Shown: one piece after another, positions 9,005 through 18,949 of the stretch | Position numbering within the stretch: position 1 is the stretch's first letter | Layout: each line of letters starts with the position of its first letter | NCBI GenBank assembly: GCA_040752415.1 | Contig: JBFMGU010000068.1 | Span: forward strand, 1-42,245 | Direction of reading: 5' to 3' | Source of the DNA: Myxococcota bacterium | GTDB taxonomy: Bacteria > Myxococcota > JACRCW01 | DNA length: 42,245 nucleotides | Program-made: the position numbers and the translations under genes | The notes under the pieces: generated by a model | Seen by the model: only the letters and a program-made list of their open reading frames with translations | Database searches by the model: none | What the model was told of the DNA's origin: nothing

Positions 9005-9562
9005 ATGACGCAAGCTTCTGAAACTCCAAGGCTTTCCCTGCTGGTCCCGGAGCCGCCGCCGCCCGGGAGCCCGGCCGCAGAGCCCCGGTTCAAGATCGGG
9101 GACCTGGCGCGGCTGACCGGTCGGACGGTGCGGGCGCTGCGACTGTACGAGGAGCTGGGGCTGCTCCAGCCCGGTGACCGCACGGAAGGCGGCTTCCGCG
9201 TCTACTCCGACGACGCCGTGGCCCGCGTGCACTGGATCGGCAAGCTGCAGGACCTGGGCTTCACCCTCCCCGCCATCCAGGAGCTCTGCAACGTGGGCGC
9301 CTCCGCGCAGCCGGGCGCGCAGGCCATGACCCGCGTGCGGGAGGTCTTCCACGAGAAGCTGCGCGAGGTGCGCGCCCAGATGGAGCGCCTGCGTGAGCTG
9401 GAGGCGGAGCTGAAGAGCAGCCTCTCGTACCTGGAGGACTGCTGCGGCTGTGAGCGTGGGCCCGTCAACCAGGTCTGCAACAGCTGCGCGGAGCCCGGGC
9501 ACGACGCGGCGCATACCCCTTCTCTCGTGGGCGGGATCCGCAACCAGAGGTGCCAGCCATGA
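9005..9562 (+). CDS. MerR-family regulator with C-terminal CxxC-x8-CxxC motif (copy 1)
   Basis: w[46 protein letters not shown]; coiled coil; [20 protein letters not shown] overlap with iscS. Confidence 0.9.
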   Translation: MTQASETPRLSLLVPEPPPPGSPAAEPRFKIGDLARLTGRTVRALRLYEELGLLQPGDRTEGGFRVYSDDAVARVHWIGKLQDLGFTLPAIQELCNVGASAQPGAQAMTRVREVFHEKLREVRAQMERLRELEAELKSSLSYLEDCCGCERGPVNQVCNSCAEPGHDAAHTPSLVGGIRNQRCQP

Positions 9563-10776
9563 CCCTGAAGTTCCCCATCTACATGGACTACCACGCCACC
9601 ACGCCGGTGGATCCCCGCGTGCTGGAGCAGATGCTGCCGTACTTCACGGAGCGCTTTGGCAACGCCGCCAGCCGCAACCACTCCTTCGGGTGGACCGCGG
9701 AGGCCGCCGTGGAGAAGGCGCGCGAGCAGGTGGCCGCCCTCATTGGCGCCGACGCCAAGGAGATCATCTTCACCTCCGGCGCCACCGAGTCCAACAACCT
9801 CGCCGTCAAGGGCACCGCCTACTTCCTCAAGGACAAGGGCCGGCACATCGTCACCAGCAAGATCGAGCACAAGGCGGTGCTGGACAGCTGTCGTGCGCTG
9901 GAGCGCGAGGGCTGGGAGGTCACCTACCTGGAGCCGGAGCGCACGGGCCTGATTCCCGTCGAGAAGGTGGAAGCGGCGCTCCGCCCCGACACCGTGCTGG
10001 TCTCCATCATGGTGGCCAACAACGAGATCGGCACCGTCAACGACGTGGCGGCGATTGGCAAGCTGTGCCGCAGCAAGGGCATCTACTTCCACACCGACGC
10101 CGTGCAGGGCGCGGGCAAGATCCCCTTCGACGTCAACCAGAGCACGGTGGACCTCTGCAGCCTCAGCGCGCACAAGATCTACGGGCCCAAGGGCGTGGGC
10201 GCGCTGTACGTGCGTCGTCGGCCGCGCGTGCGCCTGCATCCGCTGATGGACGGCGGTGGCCATGAGCGCGGGATGCGTTCCGGCACGCTGAACGTCCCCG
10301 GCATCGTCGGGTTTGGCGCGGCGTGTGAGCTGGCCCAGCAGGTGATGCCCGAGGAGAGCAAGCGCCTGGGCGCCCTGCGCGACCGCCTCAAGGCCCGCAT
10401 CACCTCCGGCGTCACGCACGTGCACCTCAACGGCCACCCGGAGAAGCGCCTGCCGGGCAACCTGAACCTCTCGTTCGCCTACGTGGAAGGTGAGAGCCTC
10501 CTGATGGCCATCAAGGACGTGGCGGTCTCGTCGGGCTCGGCGTGCACCAGCGCGTCCCTGGAGCCGTCCTACGTGCTCCGCGCCCTGGGCGTGGGCGACG
10601 ACCTGGCCCACAGCTCCATCCGCTTTGGCCTGGGCCGCTACACCACCGAGGAAGAGGTGGACTACGTGGCCGACCTGGTCACCCGCAAGGTGGCCAAGCT
10701 GCGTGAGCTGAGCCCGCTCTGGGAGATGGTCCAGGAAGGGATTGACCTCAACACCGTGCAGTGGGCCGCCCACTGA
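9559..10776 (+). CDS. iscS: Cysteine desulfurase IscS
   Basis: [29 protein letters not shown] (PLP Lys), [28 protein letters not shown]-terminal [19 protein letters not shown]. Confidence 0.97.
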   Translation: MTLKFPIYMDYHATTPVDPRVLEQMLPYFTERFGNAASRNHSFGWTAEAAVEKAREQVAALIGADAKEIIFTSGATESNNLAVKGTAYFLKDKGRHIVTSKIEHKAVLDSCRALEREGWEVTYLEPERTGLIPVEKVEAALRPDTVLVSIMVANNEIGTVNDVAAIGKLCRSKGIYFHTDAVQGAGKIPFDVNQSTVDLCSLSAHKIYGPKGVGALYVRRRPRVRLHPLMDGGGHERGMRSGTLNVPGIVGFGAACELAQQVMPEESKRLGALRDRLKARITSGVTHVHLNGHPEKRLPGNLNLSFAYVEGESLLMAIKDVAVSSGSACTSASLEPSYVLRALGVGDDLAHSSIRFGLGRYTTEEEVDYVADLVTRKVAKLRELSPLWEMVQEGIDLNTVQWAAH

Positions 10777-10799
10777 GAAGTCTTTGAAGGAGAAGCACC

Positions 10800-11252
10800 A
10801 TGGCTTACAGCGCCAAGGTCATTGACCACTACGAGAACCCCCGCAACGTGGGCTCCCTGGACAAGGACGACCCCAGCGTGGGCACCGGCCTGGTGGGCGC
10901 CCCCGCCTGCGGCGACGTCATGAAGCTGCAGATCAAGATCAACGACGCCGGCATCATCGAGGACGCCAAGTTCAAGACGTTCGGCTGCGGCAGCGCCATT
11001 GCCTCCAGCTCGCTCGTGACCGAGTGGGTGAAGGGCAAGAGTGTCGACGAGGCGGAGAAGATCAAGAACCAGCAGATTGCCGAGGAGCTCTCGCTGCCGC
11101 CCGTGAAGATCCACTGCAGCGTGTTGGCCGAGGACGCCATCAAGGCCGCCATCGCGGATTACCGTCGCAAGCGGGGTGAGTCGGTGGATGACGCCAAGAC
11201 GGCCGGGGAAGCGCACGCGCGCAAGGCTTTCGAGAACAGCAGCGGACAGTGA
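10800..11252 (+). CDS. iscU: Fe-S scaffold IscU
   Basis: MAYSAKVIDHYENPRNVG, GAPACGDVM, FKTFGCGSAIAS, LPPVKIHCSVLAEDA. Confidence 0.97.
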   Translation: MAYSAKVIDHYENPRNVGSLDKDDPSVGTGLVGAPACGDVMKLQIKINDAGIIEDAKFKTFGCGSAIASSSLVTEWVKGKSVDEAEKIKNQQIAEELSLPPVKIHCSVLAEDAIKAAIADYRRKRGESVDDAKTAGEAHARKAFENSSGQ

Positions 11253-11257
11253 CGACC

Positions 11258-11761
11258 ATGGCAATCTCCCTCAGCAGCGTCCTCAACCAGCAGCAGCCGA
11301 CGCCGCCCGCGGCGCCCAGGAAGTCCGCCCTGCCCTCGCTGATGAGCGTGCTGCAGCCCGGCGGTCCCACGACGCCCAGCAAGCTCTCGCAGGTGGCCAG
11401 CGCGCCGGCCGCTCCCGCCACCGACGGGAAGACGGTGAAGCTGACGGCCAGTGCTGCCAAGCACGTGCAGGAGATGATGGCCAAGGAGAATCGCGACCCG
11501 GCCACCACCTGGCTCCGCGTGGGCGTGCAGGGCGGCGGCTGCTCGGGGCTCTCCTACATCATCGAGTTCGCGCAGAAGCCCGACGCCATGGACGTGGAGC
11601 TGGAGGCGCACGGGATCCGCTACGTCGTGGACAAGAAGAGCCTGCTGTACCTGGGTGGCTCCGAGCTGGACTGGGTCACGGGCCTCAAGGGCCACGGCTG
11701 GAACTTCAACAACCCCAACGAGAAGAAAGGCTGCGGCTGCGGAGAGAGCTTCACCGTGTAA
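11258..11761 (+). CDS. iscA: A-type Fe-S carrier IscA with N-terminal Pro/Ser-rich extension
   Basis: LRVGVQGGGCSGLSY, NPN..GCGCGESF; alternative GTG start at 11249 overlapping the iscU stop. Confidence 0.92.
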   Translation: MAISLSSVLNQQQPTPPAAPRKSALPSLMSVLQPGGPTTPSKLSQVASAPAAPATDGKTVKLTASAAKHVQEMMAKENRDPATTWLRVGVQGGGCSGLSYIIEFAQKPDAMDVELEAHGIRYVVDKKSLLYLGGSELDWVTGLKGHGWNFNNPNEKKGCGCGESFTV

Positions 11762-11765
11762 GCGC

Positions 11766-11829
11766 CGCGCCCGACGGGCAATCCGGGTATCTCCCCCTCG
11801 GGCGCGCACGGTCCACTGGCGCGCCCGAG
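11766..11829 (+). other. Intergenic alternative stem-loops between iscA and hscB
   Basis: CTCGGGCGCGC (11797-11807) is complementary to both 11766-11774 (9 bp) and 11819-11829 (11 bp). Confidence 0.5.
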
Positions 11830-11849
11830 CCGTCTTTGCTGGAACCATC

Positions 11850-12479
11850 ATGACCGCGTGCTGGAACTGCCAACAACCCACCGACCCCGTCGCCACGCCG
11901 CGCTGCGCGTCCTGCAACAAGCTGCAGCCGCTGCCCGCGGGTGTGTCCCATTTCGCGGTCCTGGGCCTGCCGGAGGGCTATGGCGTCGACGTCAGCGCGG
12001 TGGATGCGGCCTACCGCCAGAAGTCCCTGCAGGTGCACCCGGACCGGTTTGCGCGCGCGGAGCCCAAGGAGCGTCGCATTGCGGCCGAGCGTACCGCCGC
12101 CGTGAACGCCGCGTATTCCGTGCTGAAACACCCGTTCCTGCGCGCCGCGTATCTCGTGGAACGCGCGGGCGTGAAGCTCGACGAGAAACCGGACCCGATG
12201 CTGCTGATGGAGCTGATGGAGACGCGGGAGGCCGCGGAGGAGTCGGATTCCCGTCGGGCGGCGCTGGTGGAGAAGACACGCGCCGAGAAGGAAACGTTCA
12301 TGACGACGCTCTCCGCGCAGCTGGAGACGCTGCAGCGTGAGGGTCGCCTGCACGACAAGGCCGCCATGGCACCGGTGGCCTCCACCCTGATTCGCGTGAA
12401 GTACCTGGGCAGGCTCCTGGATGACCTCATGGGCGTCCGTGACGAGGCGTTGACCCCGGGAATGTCCCTGGCGCATTGA
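11850..12479 (+). CDS. hscB: Fe-S co-chaperone HscB with N-terminal tetracysteine motif
   Basis: CWNC...CASC.KLQP; J-domain [32 protein letters not shown]. Confidence 0.93.
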   Translation: MTACWNCQQPTDPVATPRCASCNKLQPLPAGVSHFAVLGLPEGYGVDVSAVDAAYRQKSLQVHPDRFARAEPKERRIAAERTAAVNAAYSVLKHPFLRAAYLVERAGVKLDEKPDPMLLMELMETREAAEESDSRRAALVEKTRAEKETFMTTLSAQLETLQREGRLHDKAAMAPVASTLIRVKYLGRLLDDLMGVRDEALTPGMSLAH

Positions 12480-12501
12480 GCGCCCCCCGGAGGACGACGA
12501 G

Positions 12502-14334
12502 ATGGCCCGCGCAGTTGGCATTGACCTTGGCACCACCTACAGCCTCGTTGCCGTCGTGGAGAACGGTCAGCCGCGCGTCCTCCCCGACGAGCGCGGTGAG
12601 ACGCGGTTTCCTTCCGCGCTGTTCTGCGGTCGCAACGGACGGGACAGCCTGGGGTGGGACGCCATCCGCCGCGCGCGCGACGAGGAAGGCGACCTGCTCC
12701 TCTCCGTCAAGCGTTTCATGGGCAAGGGTACGTCGTGGGCCAAGGGCGCGTCCGGTCTCAAGACGTGGAAGCTCGCCGAGGGCGAGGACCGGCTGGTGCG
12801 GTTTGTCGTCGAGGGTGGGCGCGCGCTGAGTCCCATTGAGATCAGCGCGAAGTACCTGGCGGCCCTCAAGCAGCGCGCGGAGGCGCATCTCAAAGAGCCG
12901 GTGAAGCAGGCGGTGATCACCGTGCCCGCCTACTTTGACGACGCGCAACGCCAGGCCACCAAGGACGCGGGTCGACTCGCCGGGCTGGAGGTGCTGCGCC
13001 TCCTGGCCGAGCCCACCGCCGCCGCCGTGGCGTACGGGATTGGCAAGCCCGAGCATGATCACGGTCGCTACGTGGTGTTTGACCTCGGCGGCGGCACGTT
13101 TGACGTCAGCGTGCTCGCGTTCGAGCGCGGCGTGTTCCAGGTGCTGTCGACGAGCGGAGATACCGCGCTGGGTGGCGACGACTTCGATCACGCGCTGGCC
13201 GAGCAGCTCCTGCGCGAAGCGGGCATCCAGCACAACGACGGCAATGTGCCCAACGCCGTGCTCTACCAGGCGCGCGCCACCGCCAAGGCCCTCAAGGAGC
13301 AGCTCACCGACGCGGAACGGGTGACGGTGGACTTCACGGTTCCCGGTGCGCGCCCCGTCAAGCGCGAGCTCACCCGCGACGAGTACCACGCGCTCATTGC
13401 GCCCATCCTGCAGCGCTGCATGGGTCCGTGCCAGAACGCGCTCAAGGACGCGGGGCTGAAGGCCAGTGAGCTGAGTGGCGTGATCCTCGTCGGCGGAAGC
13501 ACGCGCATGCCCGCGGTGCGACAGCTGGCGCGTGAGGTGTTTGGTCGGGAGCCGCTGCTGGATGCGCACCCCGACGAGGTGGTTGCCGTGGGCGCCGCGC
13601 TGCAGGCCGACCTGCTCACCGGTGGCGACCGCGACATGCTGCTGCTCGACGTCACGCCGCTGAGCCTGGGGCTGGAGACCATGGGTGGCGTGGTGGAGAA
13701 GGTCATTCCCCGCAACACCGCGATCCCCGCCAAGGCCATGGCCACGTTCACCACGTTCGCCGAGAACCAGACGGCCATGGACATCCACGTGGTCCAGGGT
13801 GAGCGCGAGCGCGTGCAGGACGTGAAGAGCCTGGCGCGGTTCAAGCTGCGGGGGATTCCGCCCATGGCGGCGGGGTTGGGTCGCGTGGAGGTGACGTTTG
13901 CGCTGGACGCCGACGGGCTCCTCACCGTCACCGCGCGGGAGCAGATGACCGGCGCCACGCAGAGCGTGGAGGTGAAGCCCTCCTATGGCCTCACCGACGA
14001 GGAAGTGGAGCGCATGCTCATGGACAGCCTGGAGCACGCCGAGGCGGACATGAGCGAGCGCCTGCTCATCGAGGAGCGCGTGGAGGCGGTGCGCATCGTG
14101 GATGCCACGGAGAAGGCGCTGGAAGCCGACGGGAGCTTGCTGGATCCCGACGAGCGCAAGCGCATTGACGACGTGATGGACCGCCTGCGCACCGCCGTGC
14201 ACGGGCAGGACCGGCACCTCATCCACAACCTGGTGGAAGAGCTGGACAAGACCACCGCGGACTTTGCTCGACGGCGAATGAGCCGGAGCATCATGGAGGC
14301 CATGAAGAACCGCCCCATGACGGACTTTGCGTGA
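12502..14334 (+). CDS. hscA: Fe-S chaperone HscA (Hsp70)
   Basis: [67 protein letters not shown]; operon context. Confidence 0.95.
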   Translation: MARAVGIDLGTTYSLVAVVENGQPRVLPDERGETRFPSALFCGRNGRDSLGWDAIRRARDEEGDLLLSVKRFMGKGTSWAKGASGLKTWKLAEGEDRLVRFVVEGGRALSPIEISAKYLAALKQRAEAHLKEPVKQAVITVPAYFDDAQRQATKDAGRLAGLEVLRLLAEPTAAAVAYGIGKPEHDHGRYVVFDLGGGTFDVSVLAFERGVFQVLSTSGDTALGGDDFDHALAEQLLREAGIQHNDGNVPNAVLYQARATAKALKEQLTDAERVTVDFTVPGARPVKRELTRDEYHALIAPILQRCMGPCQNALKDAGLKASELSGVILVGGSTRMPAVRQLAREVFGREPLLDAHPDEVVAVGAALQADLLTGGDRDMLLLDVTPLSLGLETMGGVVEKVIPRNTAIPAKAMATFTTFAENQTAMDIHVVQGERERVQDVKSLARFKLRGIPPMAAGLGRVEVTFALDADGLLTVTAREQMTGATQSVEVKPSYGLTDEEVERMLMDSLEHAEADMSERLLIEERVEAVRIVDATEKALEADGSLLDPDERKRIDDVMDRLRTAVHGQDRHLIHNLVEELDKTTADFARRRMSRSIMEAMKNRPMTDFA

Positions 14335-14347
14335 CGACGGGACAACC

Positions 14348-14668
14348 ATGCCGAAGGTGAAGTTCCTCAACTACAACAAGACGGTGGAAGTCCCCGAGGG
14401 CACCACGGTGCTGGATGCTGCCCTGGAGGCCGACATCCCCCTGGAGCACGCGTGTGGAGGCGTGTGTGCGTGCTCCACCTGTCACGTGGTGGTGCGCAAG
14501 GGATTCGAGACGCTGGAGCCCGCCTCCGACGACGAGGAGGACCAGCTGGATGAGGCGGTGGGCCTGACGCCCTTGAGTCGGCTGGGTTGTCAGACCAAGG
14601 TCACCTCCGACCTGGAAGTGGAGATCCCCAAGCACTCCCGCAACCTGGTCAGCGAGAATCCCCACTGA
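14348..14668 (+). CDS. fdx: ISC-type [2Fe-2S] ferredoxin
   Basis: EHACGGVCACSTCHV...SRLGCQ. Confidence 0.95.
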   Translation: MPKVKFLNYNKTVEVPEGTTVLDAALEADIPLEHACGGVCACSTCHVVVRKGFETLEPASDDEEDQLDEAVGLTPLSRLGCQTKVTSDLEVEIPKHSRNLVSENPH

Positions 14669-14678
14669 GGTGGACTGC

Positions 14679-15077
14679 ATGCGCCCCGTTCCCAGCTTCC
14701 TCTTCGCGCTCGGCATGATCGTGACCGCGGGTTGCACGGTGACCGAGGAGAACACCCTGGATCCCTCGACGGTGAAGCTGGCCAAGCTGCAAGCCGCGGG
14801 CCCCGAGACATGGGTGAAGCTCGTCCGGCGCTGCGTGGATCGCGGGAATGCCGTCGAGAAGGGCGCGCGCGCCAAGGTGGTGGAGAGCCTGTTCGTCCTC
14901 AAGGAGCGCGGTCGGGAGGACAAGGTGGGATGGCGCGGCAACGGGCTCATTGATCCCGAGCGCGCGGTCTCCGGCACCGTGCCCCTGCCCCCGAACAAGG
15001 TTGAGGCGCTCTACCTGCTCACGCTCGAGGACAAACGCCAAGTGTACTGCCCTCGCGGTGCGCTTGAGTTCCCCTGA
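14679..15077 (+). CDS. Hypothetical lipoprotein
   Basis: GAGGTGG RBS; lipobox TAGC; 10 nt downstream of fdx. Confidence 0.7.
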   Translation: MRPVPSFLFALGMIVTAGCTVTEENTLDPSTVKLAKLQAAGPETWVKLVRRCVDRGNAVEKGARAKVVESLFVLKERGREDKVGWRGNGLIDPERAVSGTVPLPPNKVEALYLLTLEDKRQVYCPRGALEFP

Positions 15078-15138
15078 TTGTTGAAACCTGCGGAACGCCA
15101 CCGGTACAACTCCAGGGTCCCCGGCGAGCGATTCCAGC

Positions 15139-15630
15139 ATGGTCCACAAGATTGATGACCAGCAGTCCTACTCCACGGGCGACCTCGCGCGGCTGACCGG
15201 CAACACCCTGCGTACCGTGCGCTACTACGAGGAAGTGGGCCTGCTCTCGACGGCGGCGCGCAGTGAGGGACGGCACCGGCGCTTCACGCGTGAGGACGTG
15301 CACCGCCTGCGGACCATCACGGACCTGCGCGCCGTGGGCCTCTCCCTCGACGAGGTGGCGCGCGTCCTGAAGGTGCGGCTGCGCAAACCCGAGGGCAATG
15401 AGCAGGTGAAGGTGGCCGCGTCGCTCATTGACGAGCAGCTGGCGCAGCTCCGGGAGCGTATTGCCACGCTGACGCGCGTGGAAAAGGACCTGGCCGTGGC
15501 ACGACAGCTCCTCGAGGAGTGTCACAGTTGCGAGGAGCTGCGCGAACAGGGCTCCTGCCAGGACTGCGACGTGCTGAAGGGCGCGGATTCCAACGTGCTG
15601 GTCAGCATCATGCTCGCGCGCGAAAGCTGA
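15139..15630 (+). CDS. MerR-family regulator with C-terminal CxxC-x8-CxxC motif (copy 2)
   Basis: [43 protein letters not shown]; coiled coil; CHSCEELREQGSCQDC. Confidence 0.9.
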   Translation: MVHKIDDQQSYSTGDLARLTGNTLRTVRYYEEVGLLSTAARSEGRHRRFTREDVHRLRTITDLRAVGLSLDEVARVLKVRLRKPEGNEQVKVAASLIDEQLAQLRERIATLTRVEKDLAVARQLLEECHSCEELREQGSCQDCDVLKGADSNVLVSIMLARES

Positions 15631-15635
15631 CGACG

Positions 15636-18600
15636 TCAGAACGTGTAGCCGAACTGGAAGTGCACGCGGTTGTTGGGCACGTGCAGCAGGTCAAAGCCCC
15701 AGTCCAACGCGATGGGCCCCACCGGCGTCACGTAGCGCAGGCCCGCGCCCGTCCCGAGGCCCACTTCGGTGGGACGATTGCGGATGTCGATGGCCCAGGG
15801 CGGGATGGTGTCGCTGACCAGCGCCGCGTCGACAAAGGCGGCCGCCTGCAGATCACCGAACCCGACACCGCGCAGGAGCGCGTACCGGATCTCCGCGTTG
15901 ACGACGCCACTGTAGAGCCCCGGCTCATTCATGATGCTGCGCGGGTCGTTGGGGCTGACACCGGCGCGGAGCGTCTTGCGTTGCACGCGAATGGCGTCCT
16001 CGTCGTAGCCGCGCACGCTGCGGTCACCACCGGCAATGCCCAGGTCCCGGCGTGGAACGATGCGCTTGTTTCCTGCGCCCCCGTCGACGAGATGCGCGGT
16101 GGCCCGAAGCGCGCCCGCGAACGTGAAGCGCCACAGCGTGTAGTAGCCCTCGGAGTTCCAGGATCCGCCGAGGAACTCGCCCTCCCCTCCCAGGGGCCGG
16201 GCGCCCAGCTTCAGGCGAGCGGTGGCGGCGATTCCACGACGGGGATCGAACGGGTTGTCCAACGCCGTGTAGTGCAGCTGCGTCTCCAGGTAACCCGCTC
16301 TCGTCGGGAAACCCAGGTTCCAGCGCTCATTGGGGCTCTCCGTGACCTGGCGCGCGAACAGGTCGAAGCCGTAGCCGAAGAGGAACAACCAGCCCACGCG
16401 GAAAGGCCACTCCGCGCCCACGCGGGCGGAGAGCTGCGCGTAGCGCTCCTGGTCATAGAAGCGATCCAGCACGCCAAGCTGCGGGACGAAGAAGCTGAGA
16501 CCACCCACCTTGCGCTCCTGCCCCAGGTTGAACTGCGCGGTGGGGTCCGCCTTGGGAATGGGCCGGTCGCGCAGTTCTCCGTCGCCACTGGCCTGCAGGT
16601 TCACCGGTGTTCCGAGAATGCGCGGGACGCGAAGCGCCGCCTGGAAGTACGTGCGGTCCCGCATGCCGAGCTGGCCGCCGAAGATGTTCTGCACGCGCTG
16701 CGGCGGGTCCACGTTGATGCCGAGCAGCGGCGCGGCCAGTGACAAGCCGAGCAACGGCGCCACCTGACCACGCGCGGAGAGGTCGACCATCCAGCCGAAC
16801 GCGTTGCGGTCCCGCGCCTCCATGGCTACGCCGAGGTAGTCCTGCGTGCCCACACTCAGCGCACCGTCGAGGGTGCGGGTCTCGCGTTCTTCCACCTGCA
16901 GCACCGCGTAGATGTCCCTTCGGCCCTCCTCCACGCCGAGGTAGCGCACGTTGATGCGTCGGAAGATGCCGGTGCGACGGAGACGGCCCACGCCCTGGCT
17001 CATGGCCTCCGGGTCCATGGGTGAGCCCTCCTTGATGCCCAGTTCCTGGCGGATGATGCGCTCGGAGGTCCGCTGGTTGCCGCTGATGAACAGTCCCCGC
17101 AACGTCGCGCGCGGCCCTTCATTGACGACGAACTTCAGCGTGGGCGCACCCTCGGCGTCGAACGCGGTGAGCGCATCCACGCGCGTCTGCAGGAATCCTC
17201 GTCGGGCGTAGTAGCCGGCGATGCTCTCCCGGTATTGGTCCAGCAGGTCCGGGATGAACGGCGCACCGGGTCCCAGCGCCACCGCGACCCGCAGGTCCTT
17301 GGCCTGCACGGACTTCACGCCCTCGAACTCCACGTCGCGCAGCACGTACCGCGGCCCCTCCTCGACGAGGAACACCACGCTCACCGAGCCATCCGGCAAC
17401 GCCTCCACGCGTGAGCTCACGTGCGCTTCCGTGAAGCCCTGCTGCACCATGTAGCTCTCGATGCGCCGCTCGTCGGCGGTGACCTCTTCACGCGTGAGGA
17501 TGCCCTTGTTCCCGACGACGACGGGCGTATCCCAGAACGGCGGACGCGGGTTGGCCAGCAGGATGCCTTGCGGCTCACTGGCAAGGCGGGAGCCCTTGCG
17601 GACGTCCTCCTCCTTCAGCGACTCCAGCCCGTGGATGCGGACGGTCTTGATGTATCCCACGTCGTGGGTGCGGGCGGTGAAGGAGACGCGCACGTGGCGC
17701 TTTCCGCGCTCCACGCGTTCATAGGTGACCCGCGCGCCGTAGTAGCCGCGGTCCTGCAGGAAACGCAGCATGCGCGCCGCGCTCTCCGACGCTTCCGACT
17801 CATCGACACTCCCGTTATCCGCGAAGGTCATGAGGTCGAGCAGTTTGTCGTCGTCAAACGGTGTCTCGTTGATGAGCCGGACGTCCAGGTGCGGTCCCAG
17901 GCGGATACGCACGTCCACCTCGACGCGGTCCTTGGAGTTGACCTTGTACTCATACGAGATGCGCGTCTCGGGATAACCGCGCTCTTCCCGGTGGAACCGC
18001 TGCATGCGCTCCAACCGCTCGTCGACGTCCTTGGGCGTGAAGTCCTCCCACGGCATGCCCTTCACCGCGTCGACGATCTTGCTCTCATGCACCGGGCCCG
18101 CACCGCTCACCGTCACGCGGCCCACCTTGAGCTTCCGCCCACCCGAGATGCGCACAATCACGTTGCACAACCGCGGATTCCCCTCGACGTTGGGCGTGAG
18201 GATGACCACCTTGGACCCAAAGCGCCCCTGCTTTTCCAGCCACTCCTCCACGCGCTTGCGTTGTCGCTCCACGCGGTCGGCGGTGCGCGGGTCCTGCGAA
18301 TCCAGGCGCTCTCCGGGACGAAGGAAGATGCGTTTCTGCAGCTCGCCTTCCAGCATGAGGACGGGGAGGCCTTCAATGCGCGTCTCCGCAATCACGCGCG
18401 CGGCGGAGAGCCCGCACCGCAAGTCCGCCCTCCCCGGCTCACCACGCACCGGCACGACGTTGCACGCCGCGCTGCGATACCACCCAAGCCCCAGCAGCCG
18501 CTCCTCGGCGAGCTTGGCCGTCTCCGGGGTGACATAGGCCCCCCGCGCGAGTCCGAGGAATTCCTCCAGCTCCTGCGGCTCGTCGTCACGAGGGTGATCG

Positions 18601-18929
18601 ATGCGGATGCGCACGTCACGCAGCACCCAGCGTTGCGGCGGCGCTACGGGCTCTTCCATTCCGCCATCCACCGTCGGAGGCGGCCCCGCGTCGACGGGTA
18701 TCTCCTCGGGGACGAGTTCCTCGGGGCGGGACGCGTCCACGGACCAGAACGTTTCCCGACGCCAATCCCAGTCATCCTCACGGAGCCACTCACGCGGGAA
18801 CGGCATGCCGCCGTCCATGTCCCCAAGGTCCAGCTCGTCGACGTCGTCGTGGCCGGCGTCACGGGATGCGCCCGCGTCCGCCACCAGCGGAACGGTCAGC
18901 ACCAGCGCAAGGACACCTGGAACAATCAT
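15636..18929 (-). CDS. Omp85 (BamA/TamA-family) outer-membrane protein with extended POTRA region
   Basis: Signal peptide; POTRA-like motifs (Y..RGYY.A.V, VFLVEEGPRY, ISGNQRTSERIIRQEL); barrel SVRGY, GLRYVTPVGPIALDWG; terminal FGYTF. Confidence 0.9.
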   Translation of the reverse strand: MIVPGVLALVLTVPLVADAGASRDAGHDDVDELDLGDMDGGMPFPREWLREDDWDWRRETFWSVDASRPEELVPEEIPVDAGPPPTVDGGMEEPVAPPQRWVLRDVRIRIDHPRDDEPQELEEFLGLARGAYVTPETAKLAEERLLGLGWYRSAACNVVPVRGEPGRADLRCGLSAARVIAETRIEGLPVLMLEGELQKRIFLRPGERLDSQDPRTADRVERQRKRVEEWLEKQGRFGSKVVILTPNVEGNPRLCNVIVRISGGRKLKVGRVTVSGAGPVHESKIVDAVKGMPWEDFTPKDVDERLERMQRFHREERGYPETRISYEYKVNSKDRVEVDVRIRLGPHLDVRLINETPFDDDKLLDLMTFADNGSVDESEASESAARMLRFLQDRGYYGARVTYERVERGKRHVRVSFTARTHDVGYIKTVRIHGLESLKEEDVRKGSRLASEPQGILLANPRPPFWDTPVVVGNKGILTREEVTADERRIESYMVQQGFTEAHVSSRVEALPDGSVSVVFLVEEGPRYVLRDVEFEGVKSVQAKDLRVAVALGPGAPFIPDLLDQYRESIAGYYARRGFLQTRVDALTAFDAEGAPTLKFVVNEGPRATLRGLFISGNQRTSERIIRQELGIKEGSPMDPEAMSQGVGRLRRTGIFRRINVRYLGVEEGRRDIYAVLQVEERETRTLDGALSVGTQDYLGVAMEARDRNAFGWMVDLSARGQVAPLLGLSLAAPLLGINVDPPQRVQNIFGGQLGMRDRTYFQAALRVPRILGTPVNLQASGDGELRDRPIPKADPTAQFNLGQERKVGGLSFFVPQLGVLDRFYDQERYAQLSARVGAEWPFRVGWLFLFGYGFDLFARQVTESPNERWNLGFPTRAGYLETQLHYTALDNPFDPRRGIAATARLKLGARPLGGEGEFLGGSWNSEGYYTLWRFTFAGALRATAHLVDGGAGNKRIVPRRDLGIAGGDRSVRGYDEDAIRVQRKTLRAGVSPNDPRSIMNEPGLYSGVVNAEIRYALLRGVGFGDLQAAAFVDAALVSDTIPPWAIDIRNRPTEVGLGTGAGLRYVTPVGPIALDWGFDLLHVPNNRVHFQFGYTF

Positions 18930-18949
18930 CCGTGATCGACGTCGTCAGC

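Noticed and set aside
12502..14334. Could be dnaK
   Set aside because: isc context, the VKPSYGL motif and the C-terminus fit HscA
15081..15110. TTGAAA-18-TACAAC upstream of the second MerR gene
   Set aside because: Weak -10 and no copy of the 22-bp palindrome; too uncertain to call
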